Source: a candidate division WOR-3 bacterium
GTDB lineage: Bacteria; Hydrothermota; Tepidihabitantia; Tepidihabitantales; Tepidihabitantaceae
Length of the DNA: 35,633 nucleotides
Assembly (NCBI GenBank): GCA_965649205.1
Contig: CBFGJV010000022.1
Span: 1-35,633, forward strand
Reading direction: 5' to 3'
In this document: one piece after another, positions 7,856 through 17,383 of the stretch
Position numbering within the stretch: the first letter of the stretch is position 1
How the letters are laid out: every line of letters begins with the position of its first letter
Notes under the pieces: generated by a model
The model's input: the letters and a program-made list of their open reading frames with translations, nothing else
The model's database searches: none
Told to the model about the DNA's origin: nothing
Translations under genes and position numbers: made by a program

Positions 7856-10540
7856 TTACCTGACTACGGCAATCTTCTGGGCGAAGACGCCTTCGGGGGT
7901 AACCAGTTGTACAAGATAACATCCTGCAGGCAGGGAGGTTCGGTTCAGGGAGAATCTGACCTCCTGGCCCAGGGTGACGTCCCGGGTATTTGTGGAATGG
8001 ACCCGTCCGTCGAGGTCACAGATGCGCAGTTCGGCTGTGCCGGTTATGGGCGAGATGAAGCTGACGGTGGCATTTCTGGACAGGGGGTTGGGAGCAATTT
8101 CCAGTACATAGGGACGCAGGAAAGGCATGGGTGCAGGTTCGGCAGCGCCGACCAGGGGTTCGTCAAACCAGCGGAAGATGCGTTTTAAGAGGGTCCAGCG
8201 CTGCAGGTAGCGACTGGAGTGGTTTATGGCTTCGAAGGGAACAGAGAAATACACCAGACGATAAGTTCCCTGGTAGCGAATGACCGAGTAAACCGTAGGG
8301 TCGCCGTAGTCTTTGAAGAAGGCGCACCCGGTGCCGCCGTTTATGGCTTTTACACCGTCAAGAGAGGAACCGTTGTTAGCTCCTCCGCCGCCTCCAGCCA
8401 CCATGGTGTCGCCCTGAGTTATGGGGTCGCCCGGAATGCCGGGCAGATAGAGTTTGCCGGTGGAGCCGGTGACCAGTTCGGCGCGCAAGTAGTCAGAGAG
8501 GAACCAGTGAGAAGACAAGTTCTGGGCTATGTTCTTGCCGGAGATAATGAGTTTGCCGCCGTTGTCCAGGTAGTTCACCAGGCTGACTATGTCGTTCGTG
8601 GTGAGGGTGGTGAGAGAGTCGTCGCCGGTGAACCAGATGACTACCGGGTAATGTCTGAGCGTGTCGGCCGAGGGCGAACCCAGATTGCGGACATTGTAGG
8701 TATGGTAGACGATGCCGTTGGAGTCACAAGCGGAGGTGTACCACTTTTCGTAGTCCTTGTCCAGGTCGTCGTCCACCAGGAGTACCCGCGGTTCTCCGGC
8801 CAGAGCAGAGAAGCTGGTGTCCGGATACGCCGCGTGGGGCGTGGCGGTTACAGTGAGGAAGAAACGTACATTCTGCGGAGGAGCGTCAGATCTTACAGAG
8901 ACGACGAAGGAATCAGCGGAGCAATTGCCGGAAGAGCCGGCGGGAATCGGAGGGAAGGTGGCGGTGCTTTTGGTAATCGTGACCCAGGGGCTGGTGGTGG
9001 CAAGATTGGCGGAGATGTTGGAAGCGTTGCGGTAGCCGGCAGTGTTGCTATAGGTTACGATGAGCGCCACAGTCTCGCCGGGGTCAGGTCGGCCATTACG
9101 GTTGCCAGAGGCGTCGTTGAAACGCCAATTGGTAAGCCGCAGGTCGCAGTAGTATTGCTTGAGAACCAGGTTGGCAAGGGATACCCGGCCGGCACCCAGT
9201 TTGCCTTGGCGATAGAGCGGGTCGGGCATAGTGTCGCAGGCGGCATGGATGCGGGCGGTGCAGGCTACATTGGTGAGCGAGGGGTCAAGGCTTTTCAACC
9301 AGCAGGCCACACCCGCGGCCAGGGGACAGGCCATCGAGGTTCCGTCCATAGAGGAATAGGAACCGCTGCTGCGAGAGACGGTGGAATAGATGCCCACTCC
9401 TGGCGCGGTAACGTCCACCCAGGTGCCGTAGTTGGACCAGGAAGCTTTGACGTCGCTGTTGTTGGAAGCGGCTACGTTTTCCACGCCCGCATAGCAGGCA
9501 GGATAGCGCATGTTTTCCAGTCCTTCGTTGCCGGCTGAGCCGAACAACACCAGACCGGCATTCCAAGCTGCCAGGCAGGCATCGCGCATAGGAGCGTAAA
9601 CAGAAGAGCCGCCGAAGCTCATAGAGATGGACCAGATGCGTTCGTTGGTGGCGTATTGGATAGCGCTGGTAGCCTGAGACAGGTATATGGAGCCGCCGTA
9701 TCCGGCCCGGCAGGCAATAGAGCGGGTATTCCAGGTGGTGCCGGCTACACCGGTGGCGTTGTTGGTTACAGCGTTGGTGATGCCCCAGCAATGGGTGCCG
9801 TGGTCATCACCCGTGTTGGGCGCGGGGTTCGGGTCACCGGAGATGAAGTCCCAGCCGATAACGTCGTCCCGATAACCGTTGCCGTCCTGGTCAATGTTGT
9901 CCAAGTCACCGCTAGGAGGAGGAAAGGGGTCAAAGCGGCCGTTGTTGTTGATGTCTTCAGCCGCCTTTATGCGCAGGTTGGCTTCTATATCCGGATGCTG
10001 CCAGTCCAGGCCGTCGTCAATTACTGTGTTCACTACGCTGGCGCTGCCTTTGGCTATCTTCCAGGCAAAGGGAGCGCCCAGTTTAGCCAGATGCCACTGG
10101 TTGACATATCCCGGGTCATTGGGAATCTCGTCCAGCTGCAAGACGGCGTTGGGACAGGCGTAGTCCACTTCTTCCAGCCGGGCGTACATACTGCAAGCTT
10201 CATACACATCAAACTCTGGTCGGAATTGCACCGAGTACTGCAGGTCGCAGCCCAGTTCTACCAAGGCGGGATGAGGAGAAGGATGAGGGGTGAGGGGAGT
10301 GATGTCGTCCACCCCCAGTCGGGTGCTCAATTCGTCCAAGGCCGGGACGCCGAAAAAGGCCAAGCCGTCCTGATTGGACAGTTGTACGCGGCCGCGCAGA
10401 TGCGGTTTCAGTTCTATAATTACCTGTCCGGCCACATAACGTTCACCGTCTTTTCCCGTCAGGACCGGTCGTGTGAGGTCGGGCCAGGCCAGGCTGAGCG
10501 CGGTGAGCAAGGTTAGAACTGAGAGAATCCTGTTATTCAT
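7856..10540 (-). CDS. Secreted S8 serine protease, tandem paralogue of 5120-7804, with T9SS-type C-terminal domain
   Basis: VIDDG, DHGTHC, SAGN, GTSMACP; signal peptide; IAPNP...GCYLVQL tail; SD GGAGG; 894 aa. Confidence 0.92.
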   Translation of the reverse strand: MNNRILSVLTLLTALSLAWPDLTRPVLTGKDGERYVAGQVIIELKPHLRGRVQLSNQDGLAFFGVPALDELSTRLGVDDITPLTPHPSPHPALVELGCDLQYSVQFRPEFDVYEACSMYARLEEVDYACPNAVLQLDEIPNDPGYVNQWHLAKLGAPFAWKIAKGSASVVNTVIDDGLDWQHPDIEANLRIKAAEDINNNGRFDPFPPPSGDLDNIDQDGNGYRDDVIGWDFISGDPNPAPNTGDDHGTHCWGITNAVTNNATGVAGTTWNTRSIACRAGYGGSIYLSQATSAIQYATNERIWSISMSFGGSSVYAPMRDACLAAWNAGLVLFGSAGNEGLENMRYPACYAGVENVAASNNSDVKASWSNYGTWVDVTAPGVGIYSTVSRSSGSYSSMDGTSMACPLAAGVACWLKSLDPSLTNVACTARIHAACDTMPDPLYRQGKLGAGRVSLANLVLKQYYCDLRLTNWRFNDASGNRNGRPDPGETVALIVTYSNTAGYRNASNISANLATTSPWVTITKSTATFPPIPAGSSGNCSADSFVVSVRSDAPPQNVRFFLTVTATPHAAYPDTSFSALAGEPRVLLVDDDLDKDYEKWYTSACDSNGIVYHTYNVRNLGSPSADTLRHYPVVIWFTGDDSLTTLTTNDIVSLVNYLDNGGKLIISGKNIAQNLSSHWFLSDYLRAELVTGSTGKLYLPGIPGDPITQGDTMVAGGGGGANNGSSLDGVKAINGGTGCAFFKDYGDPTVYSVIRYQGTYRLVYFSVPFEAINHSSRYLQRWTLLKRIFRWFDEPLVGAAEPAPMPFLRPYVLEIAPNPLSRNATVSFISPITGTAELRICDLDGRVHSTNTRDVTLGQEVRFSLNRTSLPAGCYLVQLVTPEGVFAQKIAVVR

Positions 10541-10586
10541 ATTTTACCTCCATACATCTAAACTAGGTTTGGGGAGATGTGCAGGC

Positions 10587-11330
10587 TCATGTCTTGTCGG
10601 CGGCGAGGATGAGTTGCTCGGGCAGGCCGCGCAGGTTGGGAATTTCCCAGTGTTGCCGCACTTCGCCCACCTCTTCCAGGGCAGACAGGCGAAATCCGGC
10701 CCGCAACAGGAAATGGACATGGTCGGAGACCGTCCAATAACATTCCCGTCTGCCCAGCACATTTCCCGTCCCAATAGAGTCTTCTTCCGGTTCACACCAG
10801 CGCTGGAAGTAGGAGCGGGCAAGACGGGGCGAGCCGGGTTCCTGCTTCCATATCCGGCGCAAAGGGTGGTATTCGTTGATTATCAGGCGTCCGCCGCTCA
10901 CCAAGACGTGGTGTATTTCCGCGTAGAATCTGCCCAAGTCGGTGAGTTGGGTGGTGGTCTGGGCGGCATAGGCTAAATCGAATGAATCCGGCCGCAGGGA
11001 AGAAAGATTGCTGAGTTCCAGAGGAAGAAAATCCAATTCCAGACCGGTGATCCGGCAACGTACCATCAAAAGGTCCAATAGCGTATGAGCCGGGTCTATA
11101 ACTGTGGGGCGAGCTCCCAGCGCGGCGAGAGCAAGTGGAGCCAGACCATCTCCCACACCCAGTACGCAGACGCGGCGGCCGGCAATCTCGCCCAGCAGTT
11201 CGCATTCGGCCCGGTTGAGAGCTAAGGAAGGCAAGGTAGGCACCCGACGCCAGAGGTCGGTATCGTCCGGGTTACGTTCCCAGCTGGGAGCTACCGGTAT
11301 CCAGTCGCGGGAAGCGGATGGCTGTCTCAT
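10587..11330 (-). CDS. Class I SAM-dependent methyltransferase
   Basis: Motif I-like VCVLGVGDG, SFDLAY, VLVSGGRLII, YHP. Confidence 0.75.
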   Translation of the reverse strand: MRQPSASRDWIPVAPSWERNPDDTDLWRRVPTLPSLALNRAECELLGEIAGRRVCVLGVGDGLAPLALAALGARPTVIDPAHTLLDLLMVRCRITGLELDFLPLELSNLSSLRPDSFDLAYAAQTTTQLTDLGRFYAEIHHVLVSGGRLIINEYHPLRRIWKQEPGSPRLARSYFQRWCEPEEDSIGTGNVLGRRECYWTVSDHVHFLLRAGFRLSALEEVGEVRQHWEIPNLRGLPEQLILAADKT

Positions 11331-11364
11331 TCTTCTGGCCGCAACGGGGCAAAGGGCAGGCCGG

Positions 11365-11994
11365 CTAAGGGCCGATGCGGTAATAAGCCAGCTGTCTTTC
11401 TTCTGCTCCGGATGACCATTTTACAATTCCCACACCCGGAGCAAGCCATTCAGAGTAGTAGCGCACAGTAGTGTCCGGGTCGCGTATCTCTTCGGTGAAG
11501 TCCAAGCGGTAACATTGACTGAAACTGCCGGCAGGCGTGGCTATATCTTCCAGTTGGGTCACTACTGCTTCCAGGCGGTGATAATAGTGAATGGTGTCTG
11601 TGCCCTGAATAACGATTGTGTCCTGAAATGTCTCTCTCCAGAAGTTGCCTTTCACCAGCGGGAACACATACAGCAGCCGGTAGCGCTGCTCAAGCAGATA
11701 TTCGGTGCCGCCCTGGCTTTTCGTGTGGCGGTAGAATTTGCGCACCTGCGTGCGTTCCTTGTAGTAGAATTGGGGCGAAAAGTCCACGTTCACCACCGTG
11801 GCGCGCAGTCCGGCGATGGAGGTGTCGCCTGCGACCTGGACATAGATAGTGTCGTTTCCGGTCAGATATTTCCATTCGCTGCCCTGCACCAGCGGAAAGT
11901 AGTCTTCGGAGGAACGGAAGAAGAACAAATCAGAGCAGGAAAGCGCCAGAAAAACAACCAGACCCAGAAACAGAAGCTTGCTCTTAGAAAACAT
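11365..11994 (-). CDS. Hypothetical lipoprotein, beta-rich
   Basis: Lipobox LALSC after a hydrophobic signal; DYFPL..GSEWKY, TPAGSF..CY and WLAPGVGIVK patterns typical of beta-sheet lipoproteins. Confidence 0.7.
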   Translation of the reverse strand: MFSKSKLLFLGLVVFLALSCSDLFFFRSSEDYFPLVQGSEWKYLTGNDTIYVQVAGDTSIAGLRATVVNVDFSPQFYYKERTQVRKFYRHTKSQGGTEYLLEQRYRLLYVFPLVKGNFWRETFQDTIVIQGTDTIHYYHRLEAVVTQLEDIATPAGSFSQCYRLDFTEEIRDPDTTVRYYSEWLAPGVGIVKWSSGAEERQLAYYRIGP

Positions 11995-12496
11995 AGCTGA
12001 CTCCAGCCCGCAGGGAAAGCAAGGGGGTTACTGCCAGAGCAGGGGTGCCAGAGGCTCCCTTCTCCAGAAAGAAAGCAGGGACAATTCCGGCAGAGAGGCG
12101 ACTCTTGCCGGAATACTGGTAGATGCCGATGCCCAGTTCAGCCAGGCCGGTGTTACCGTTTTCCCTGCCCGTGCCGTAGGTTCTTTCCGCAAAAACGCCG
12201 CCCAGTCCGGTCAGAGCTTCCAGTCCCCAGTCGGGACGGCGCAGAAACGCGTAGCCACTGGTCAGGACAGTCTGGTGCAGAGAGAGTCGGTAGGATATAT
12301 TCTGCACTCCGGGAAGAGCGGCATAGCGATAGCTCAATTCCAGCCGCAAAGGGCCGGTAGTCCAGGCCGCACCTACTCCGGCAGCAGCGCTGGAGACATG
12401 ATAACGGTCCAGTCCGGCCAGAGGATAAACACCGGCAATCTGTCCGCCAGCTTCAAACCCGCGCAACAGCAGGATACAAGTAAGAAATAAACTCAC
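11984..12496 (-). CDS. Putative small outer-membrane beta-barrel protein
   Basis: Alternating hydrophobic beta strands; C-terminal LRAGVSYVF resembles a beta-signal. Confidence 0.6.
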   Translation of the reverse strand: MSLFLTCILLLRGFEAGGQIAGVYPLAGLDRYHVSSAAAGVGAAWTTGPLRLELSYRYAALPGVQNISYRLSLHQTVLTSGYAFLRRPDWGLEALTGLGGVFAERTYGTGRENGNTGLAELGIGIYQYSGKSRLSAGIVPAFFLEKGASGTPALAVTPLLSLRAGVSYVF

Positions 12497-12502
12497 CCTA
12501 GA

Positions 12503-12530
12503 ACTTTAGGTGCATACGGCCTGATGTCAA
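12503..12530 (-). promoter_or_regulatory. Putative sigma70 promoter giving a leaderless transcript
   Basis: Minus strand: TTGACA, 16 nt, TAAAGT, 6 nt, GTG start at 12496; no SD. Confidence 0.5.
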
Positions 12531-13441
12531 GGAAAAGTGGGAACAGCCAGCATACGCTCTATGGCGGCGCGGGCGGGAAGGACTACGGACGGGGGCAGGG
12601 TTATTTCTTCTACCTCTTCGCGCAGGGCAGCGAGTACCTTTTCCAAAGTGGTGAGTTTCATATTGTGGCAGATGGCGGTGCGGCGCAAAGGGAAGCATTC
12701 GTGGGCAGGAAAGTCGTGGCGGATACGGGCACACATACCGGCCTCGGTGCCCAGCACCAGAGAGCGGTGTTGTTGTGCCAGACGATACATACCGCCAGTG
12801 GAGGCACAGTAGTCGGCCGCCTGAATCACGTCCAGGTTACATTCCGGATGGACAACCACTTTGGCCTGGGGATATTGGCGCCGTGCCTGATTCACGTCCT
12901 GGACGGTGAAGACAGCGTGGACATAGCAGAATCCCTCCCAGGGTATAAGGTTGCGGCCGGTGCGAAAGGCCACATAACGGGCCAGATTCTTGTCAGGCAC
13001 GAACAGTATCCGACGGTCCGCAGGGAGCGAGTTTACCACTGCCACGGCATTGGCCGAGGTGCAACAGATGTCGGCTTCTGCCTTTACTTCCGCAGGTGTG
13101 TTGACGTAGGCGACTACTGTTACCGGGTCGAGTTCTTCTCGCCAGCGGCGCAGGGCAGCGGCACTTATCATATCTGCCATCTGGCAGCCGGCTTCGGCCG
13201 CGGCGAGAATCACTTTGGCATCCGGATTGAGCAGTTTTGCGGTTTCGGCCATGAATCTGACGCCGCAGAATACAATATGGCGGGCCCGAGTGGCGGCAGC
13301 TTGGCGGGCCAATTCCAGCGAGTCGCCGATGAAGTCGGCTATGGGATACAGTTCCGGCGGCTGGTAGTTGTGACAGAGAATGAGCGCCTGTTTTTCCTGT
13401 TTGAGGCGGATTATCTCGGCGAGCAGTGATTGTCGTTCCAT
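12527..13441 (-). CDS. nadA: Quinolinate synthase
   Basis: ILCHNYQ, ADFIGDSLEL, VFCGVRFMAETAK, AGCQMAD, YVNT, CTSANA, HPEC, STGGM, GTE, CHNMK. Start set at ATG 13441, overlapping the upstream stop (TGATG). Confidence 0.95.
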   Translation of the reverse strand: MERQSLLAEIIRLKQEKQALILCHNYQPPELYPIADFIGDSLELARQAAATRARHIVFCGVRFMAETAKLLNPDAKVILAAAEAGCQMADMISAAALRRWREELDPVTVVAYVNTPAEVKAEADICCTSANAVAVVNSLPADRRILFVPDKNLARYVAFRTGRNLIPWEGFCYVHAVFTVQDVNQARRQYPQAKVVVHPECNLDVIQAADYCASTGGMYRLAQQHRSLVLGTEAGMCARIRHDFPAHECFPLRRTAICHNMKLTTLEKVLAALREEVEEITLPPSVVLPARAAIERMLAVPTFP

Positions 13442-13920
13442 CAGTGACGGCGAGGCGGTCGAAAATGGCCGGGGCGTTCCTGTCTTTTGCTTGCAGGCGG
13501 GAAACGGGGCGCCCAGACCGAGGTTTCGTCCAACAGGTGCACGACTTCTATTCCCTGCTTGGCCAGTTCTTCGGCCAGAATGCGACGGGTGCATCTTTCC
13601 GGGCTGCGGCTGGCGCCCAAGAGGCACACGACCCGTTTCTCGACCTTCTTGCGGATGAGGCCCAGCCAGCGTTGAAAGTCGTCGGTTTTGACCCAGGCGT
13701 GACGGTCCTTGTCTTTGGTTCCGCCCAGCTCGTTTCCCAAAAATACATAGTCAATGCCTTGTTCTTCGCACAAGCTCTGGAGACGGTCGCGGCGAAAATG
13801 TTCCTCTTCCGCTTCCGGGTTGGGGCGCAGGTCCAGCACCACCTGGATGCTGTGTTTGAGGAGAATACGGGTGAAGTCGTAGGGAGGGCGATGGTCGGTA
13901 CCGAGAGTGAATATGCGCAT
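13441..13920 (-). CDS. DUF488-family protein (divergent)
   Basis: MRIFTLG, VVLDLRPNP, GIDYVFLGNELGG, P.RC.R, VVHL pattern. Confidence 0.7.
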   Translation of the reverse strand: MRIFTLGTDHRPPYDFTRILLKHSIQVVLDLRPNPEAEEEHFRRDRLQSLCEEQGIDYVFLGNELGGTKDKDRHAWVKTDDFQRWLGLIRKKVEKRVVCLLGASRSPERCTRRILAEELAKQGIEVVHLLDETSVWAPRFPPASKRQERPGHFRPPRRH

Positions 13921-14687
13921 CAGGTCTGGTTTGTGGTTTCTATCTGCTCTGCTGCCGGCTCTGGTGGGGAAGGGGTCGAATCGCGCAGTTCCAGGGTAAT
14001 GCGGCCAAACTGCTCTTCCTGTCTCACTTTCACTTCTCCCAGTCGCACCAGCTCCAAAAGACAGATGAACATGACGATGAGTTCGGTAATGCTGTTGCTG
14101 CGCAGCGCTTCTTCAAAGTCCACCTGCTTCCGCCCCCGCAAAATAGCGCGCAGTTCGGCCAGCTTGTCCTCAAAGCGGATTTTGACCGGCGCAACTTCCA
14201 CGACCCGGTCGGCAGCCAGTCGGGCCAGCAGGCGCCGGAAGGCGGCGGTAAGAAGCGACACTTCTGCCTGTTCTGCTATCTGTCCCTTCGGAACTACGAG
14301 CGGACGGGGGAATACGAGCCGGCGTTCCTGTTCTTTTTCCAAAAGGAGACGCGCGGCCTGCTGATAACGGCGGAATTCGTCCAGAATCGCATCCAGAGTC
14401 ACCGTGGGCGTGGTCAGGTCTTCTGTTTCCTTGGCCGGCAGGAGCCTGCGCATTTTCAAGCGCAGGAGCACACCGGTCATAATCAGGAAGTCGGCGGCAG
14501 ACTCCAGGCTGAGATTGACCGCGTGGCGCACAAAGCTGAGGAAGTCGTCGGTGAGACGGCCAATGGGCACGTCCAGAACGTCCAGTTCGTTCTTGCGCAC
14601 CAGATACAGAAGCAGTTCCACCGGGCCCTCAAACATTTCCAGACATACCGGAGGAACTGTTGCGGCGGGCTGCAGGGGAGGTTTCAC
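13920..14687 (-). CDS. scpA: Segregation and condensation protein A
   Basis: FEGPVELLLYLVRKNELDVLDVPI, AADFLIM...LLRLKMRRLLP, FICLLELVR, QEEQFGRI. Confidence 0.92.
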   Translation of the reverse strand: MKPPLQPAATVPPVCLEMFEGPVELLLYLVRKNELDVLDVPIGRLTDDFLSFVRHAVNLSLESAADFLIMTGVLLRLKMRRLLPAKETEDLTTPTVTLDAILDEFRRYQQAARLLLEKEQERRLVFPRPLVVPKGQIAEQAEVSLLTAAFRRLLARLAADRVVEVAPVKIRFEDKLAELRAILRGRKQVDFEEALRSNSITELIVMFICLLELVRLGEVKVRQEEQFGRITLELRDSTPSPPEPAAEQIETTNQT

Positions 14688-15715
14688 AGCTCCACCAGTC
14701 TGTATTCTCTGACCCCGGTACCGTTGTGGGCGCAGGCTTCCAAAAGAATCTCGGGGTTGACGCGTGGATACAGTTCGCGCAGTCTGGGGCCGATGCGGTC
14801 ATAGGCGGCCTGTTCGCAGGCTACCGGGTCAAGTGAGGCAAAAACGCCCACATCCGGCATCAGAGGCTGTTCTGTCTTGTTGTTGCAGTCGCAGTTGGGG
14901 GTGATGCGCAGGCAGAAGTTGAAGTGAAACGCTTGCCTGTTCTGCAGTACAGCGCGGCAGTATTCGGCCATCTTCAGTTGCACCATTTCCGAGGCGGCGT
15001 TCCAGTTTACCTGAATGGCTCCTTGGGGACAGACGGCCAGACACCCGCCGCAGCCGGTGCAGTTGCGACCTATCTTGGCCACATAGCCCACATAGCTGAT
15101 AGCGTCATGCGGACAGTATTCCACACACTGGCCGCAGGAAATACACTTTTCCGGATTCACATAGGGATGGGAGCTGGAATGCATTTCCAGTTTGCCGGCT
15201 TTGGCCGCCAGTCCCATCGCCAGGTTTTTGAGCGCGCCGCCAAAGCCGGTTACAAAATGTCCCTTGAAATGGGCCAGGTTGAGGAGATAGCGATATTGGC
15301 GGAGTTTGCGGCCGAGTTTGGCTTGGGGCACGATGCTGGAGTCCAGAGGCACGGTGTAGAACGCTTCGCCTCTTTCGCCGTCCAGAATTTCCAGCGGAGC
15401 CAGGATTCTTTCCACCGTGAAACCGTGTTCGCGCGCCAGCTCCAGATGCGTCTTGGCATTCTGCCGCCGGCCGCGGTACAGAGCGGTGGTTTCCACGACA
15501 ACAGGCTGGAGATTGTGGTGGCTGAGAGCGATGGCTGCTTCCCGCACTAGCAGCGGGTCTATGTGGTTGGAGTTTCCCGCTTCGCCAAAATGGACTTTTA
15601 TGGCGGCTTTGCGGCCACCTTTGACCAAGCGGAAAAAGCCGGAAGCCTCCAGGGCCTGGTGTATTCCTTCCCGGCTGCGTTCCGGAGGAAAGAAGAATAC
15701 TTCGGGTTTGTTCAT
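14684..15715 (-). CDS. DUF362-domain Fe-S protein with a 2x[4Fe-4S] ferredoxin domain
   Basis: KVHFGE.GN, HFKGH...GFGGALKNLAMG, CISCGQCVEYCP, CTGCGGCLAVCP, PNCDC, ASLDPVA. Confidence 0.88.
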   Translation of the reverse strand: MNKPEVFFFPPERSREGIHQALEASGFFRLVKGGRKAAIKVHFGEAGNSNHIDPLLVREAAIALSHHNLQPVVVETTALYRGRRQNAKTHLELAREHGFTVERILAPLEILDGERGEAFYTVPLDSSIVPQAKLGRKLRQYRYLLNLAHFKGHFVTGFGGALKNLAMGLAAKAGKLEMHSSSHPYVNPEKCISCGQCVEYCPHDAISYVGYVAKIGRNCTGCGGCLAVCPQGAIQVNWNAASEMVQLKMAEYCRAVLQNRQAFHFNFCLRITPNCDCNNKTEQPLMPDVGVFASLDPVACEQAAYDRIGPRLRELYPRVNPEILLEACAHNGTGVREYRLVEL

Positions 15716-15725
15716 ATTCCTCCTG

Positions 15726-16853
15726 TTACCATATTCCCGGAATTCTTGTCTGACAATAGCGGCAGCGACCCTTCTGCAGGTTGTTTTCGGTCACGGTGTA
15801 GCCCTGGCGGCGAATAAGCAGTTTCTTGCAGCCCGGACAATAGGTGTTTTCCAGCTGATGGCCGAAGACGTTTCCTATGTACACGAACTTCAATCCCTGA
15901 GACTTCGCCAGTGCGGCTGCGGTTTCTAGCGTCTTCACCGGCGTAGGCGGAGTGTTCTTCAGCTTGTAGTTGGGGGTAAAACGCGTGAAGTGGACGGGTA
16001 TGGTGTCACCCAGACTGTCCCGGATCCAGGCGCACATCTTTTTTATGTCCGCGGTGTCGTCGTTGAGGGCCGGGACCACCAGATTTACCAGTTCTAGGTG
16101 CGTGCGGCTGCGGGCTACCTGCTTGCAGGCCGCCAGCACCGGTTCCAAAGTGGAGTTGCACACGTTGCGGTAAAATGCGGGGGTGAAACCCTTGAGGTCA
16201 ATTTTGATGGCATCCACCAGCGAACACAGCTGAGCTAGGGGGGCGGGGTTTATGTATGCTCCGGTTACCACCGCAGTGCGAATGCCGTTTTTGCGGGCCA
16301 GGCGGGCGATGTCTGCCATATACTCGTAAAACACGACCGGCTCGGAAAAGGTGAAACAGATGGTAGGCGTCTTTTCCCGGACGGACAGGGCGACCACGCT
16401 TTCCGGCGGCATATCGGAAAAGGGAAGGTCTTCTACAGAAGACTGGGAGATTTCCCAGTTCTGGCAGTACTTGCACATCTGGTTGCACCCGGCTGTGGCC
16501 AGAACGATACGGCTGGTACCGGGCAGGAAGTGAAAGAAGGGCGCTTTCTCAATCGGCTCCTTGCCCAGCGCGCAGGGTCGGGCATATACCACTGAATACA
16601 GCGTGCCGTCTTTATTCTCCCGCGTCCGACACATACCCCGCTGACCCGGAGCAATGGTGCAGTAACGCGGACACAGCTCGCACCGCACGAGTTTGCGCTC
16701 CAGCTTTGAGTAGAACTCGGCTTCGCGCACCAGCGCCAGCCGTTTTCCGGCCGGGCCGGTTCCGAGCAGGAAAGCAGCTACCAGTGCCCAGAGGGCGGTG
16801 CGGAGATAGCGGAAAAAGGCGGAAGGAGCAGGGCAGCGAGACAGAGGCAGCAC
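15726..16853 (-). CDS. amrS: AmmeMemoRadiSam-system radical SAM enzyme
   Basis: CELCPRYC...G.C..REN, PIEKAPFFHF.PG, radical SAM motif CNQMCKYCQNWEISQ, FSEP, HFTRFTPNY, YIGNV, TYCPGC. Exact start uncertain. Confidence 0.85.
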   Translation of the reverse strand: MLPLSRCPAPSAFFRYLRTALWALVAAFLLGTGPAGKRLALVREAEFYSKLERKLVRCELCPRYCTIAPGQRGMCRTRENKDGTLYSVVYARPCALGKEPIEKAPFFHFLPGTSRIVLATAGCNQMCKYCQNWEISQSSVEDLPFSDMPPESVVALSVREKTPTICFTFSEPVVFYEYMADIARLARKNGIRTAVVTGAYINPAPLAQLCSLVDAIKIDLKGFTPAFYRNVCNSTLEPVLAACKQVARSRTHLELVNLVVPALNDDTADIKKMCAWIRDSLGDTIPVHFTRFTPNYKLKNTPPTPVKTLETAAALAKSQGLKFVYIGNVFGHQLENTYCPGCKKLLIRRQGYTVTENNLQKGRCRYCQTRIPGIW

Positions 16854-16856
16854 TTT

Positions 16857-17303
16857 CTAAAAGGCGAAGTGACCGATGAGCATACCCAACCCTACGCTGA
16901 CGAGGAAGAACCCTCCCAGACCGAGACCGGTCAACCACTTGGCCCGACAAGGCGCGGCCAGGATTCTTCCGTAGTCGATGAACACTTCCACCTGGGTGCC
17001 TGGTTTTATGTCCAGCTGAAAGGTGCCGGCGTCGATTGCCGCCAGCGACCAGACAGAGGATAGTTTCTGCCCCAGCCGGCCGGAACGGAAACGAGCATAC
17101 AGCACATCCAGGCTGTCGTTGGAAACGATAGTGAGATTGTAGGAACCGGGCTCCACGGCATACGCAGTTATGGGCGTACGGCCGATGTAGTCGCCGCCCA
17201 GCCAGATGGAGAGGCCGGGCAGACTGGAATTCACGGACACATAGCCGGAGTCGACCGGCGCTTGCAAGAGAACGGTCAGAAGAATTATACTGGTAGTCGA
17301 CAT
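16857..17303 (-). CDS. PEGA-domain membrane-anchored protein
   Basis: GYVSVNSSLPGLSIWLGGDYIGRTP...VEPGSYNLTI (PEGA-like); C-terminal TM helix. Confidence 0.7.
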   Translation of the reverse strand: MSTTSIILLTVLLQAPVDSGYVSVNSSLPGLSIWLGGDYIGRTPITAYAVEPGSYNLTIVSNDSLDVLYARFRSGRLGQKLSSVWSLAAIDAGTFQLDIKPGTQVEVFIDYGRILAAPCRAKWLTGLGLGGFFLVSVGLGMLIGHFAF

Positions 17304-17309
17304 CGATAG

Positions 17310-17337
17310 ACGATAACTGATTAGCGGTATAAGTCAA
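17310..17337 (-). promoter_or_regulatory. Putative sigma70 promoter giving a leaderless transcript
   Basis: Minus strand: TTGACT, 16 nt, TATCGT, 6 nt, ATG at 17303; no SD. Confidence 0.45.
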
Positions 17338-17383
17338 CCATTGTCATTTGGCTCTGCCGCTCTGTTCTGATGCTTCCAGAGGT

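Noticed and set aside
8219..10516. Long plus-strand ORFs 8219-9538 and 9656-10516, and similar shadow ORFs elsewhere (12524-13429, 13426-14364, 31378-32421)
   Set aside because: Antisense to well-supported genes, with no recognisable motifs; expected in GC-rich coding DNA.
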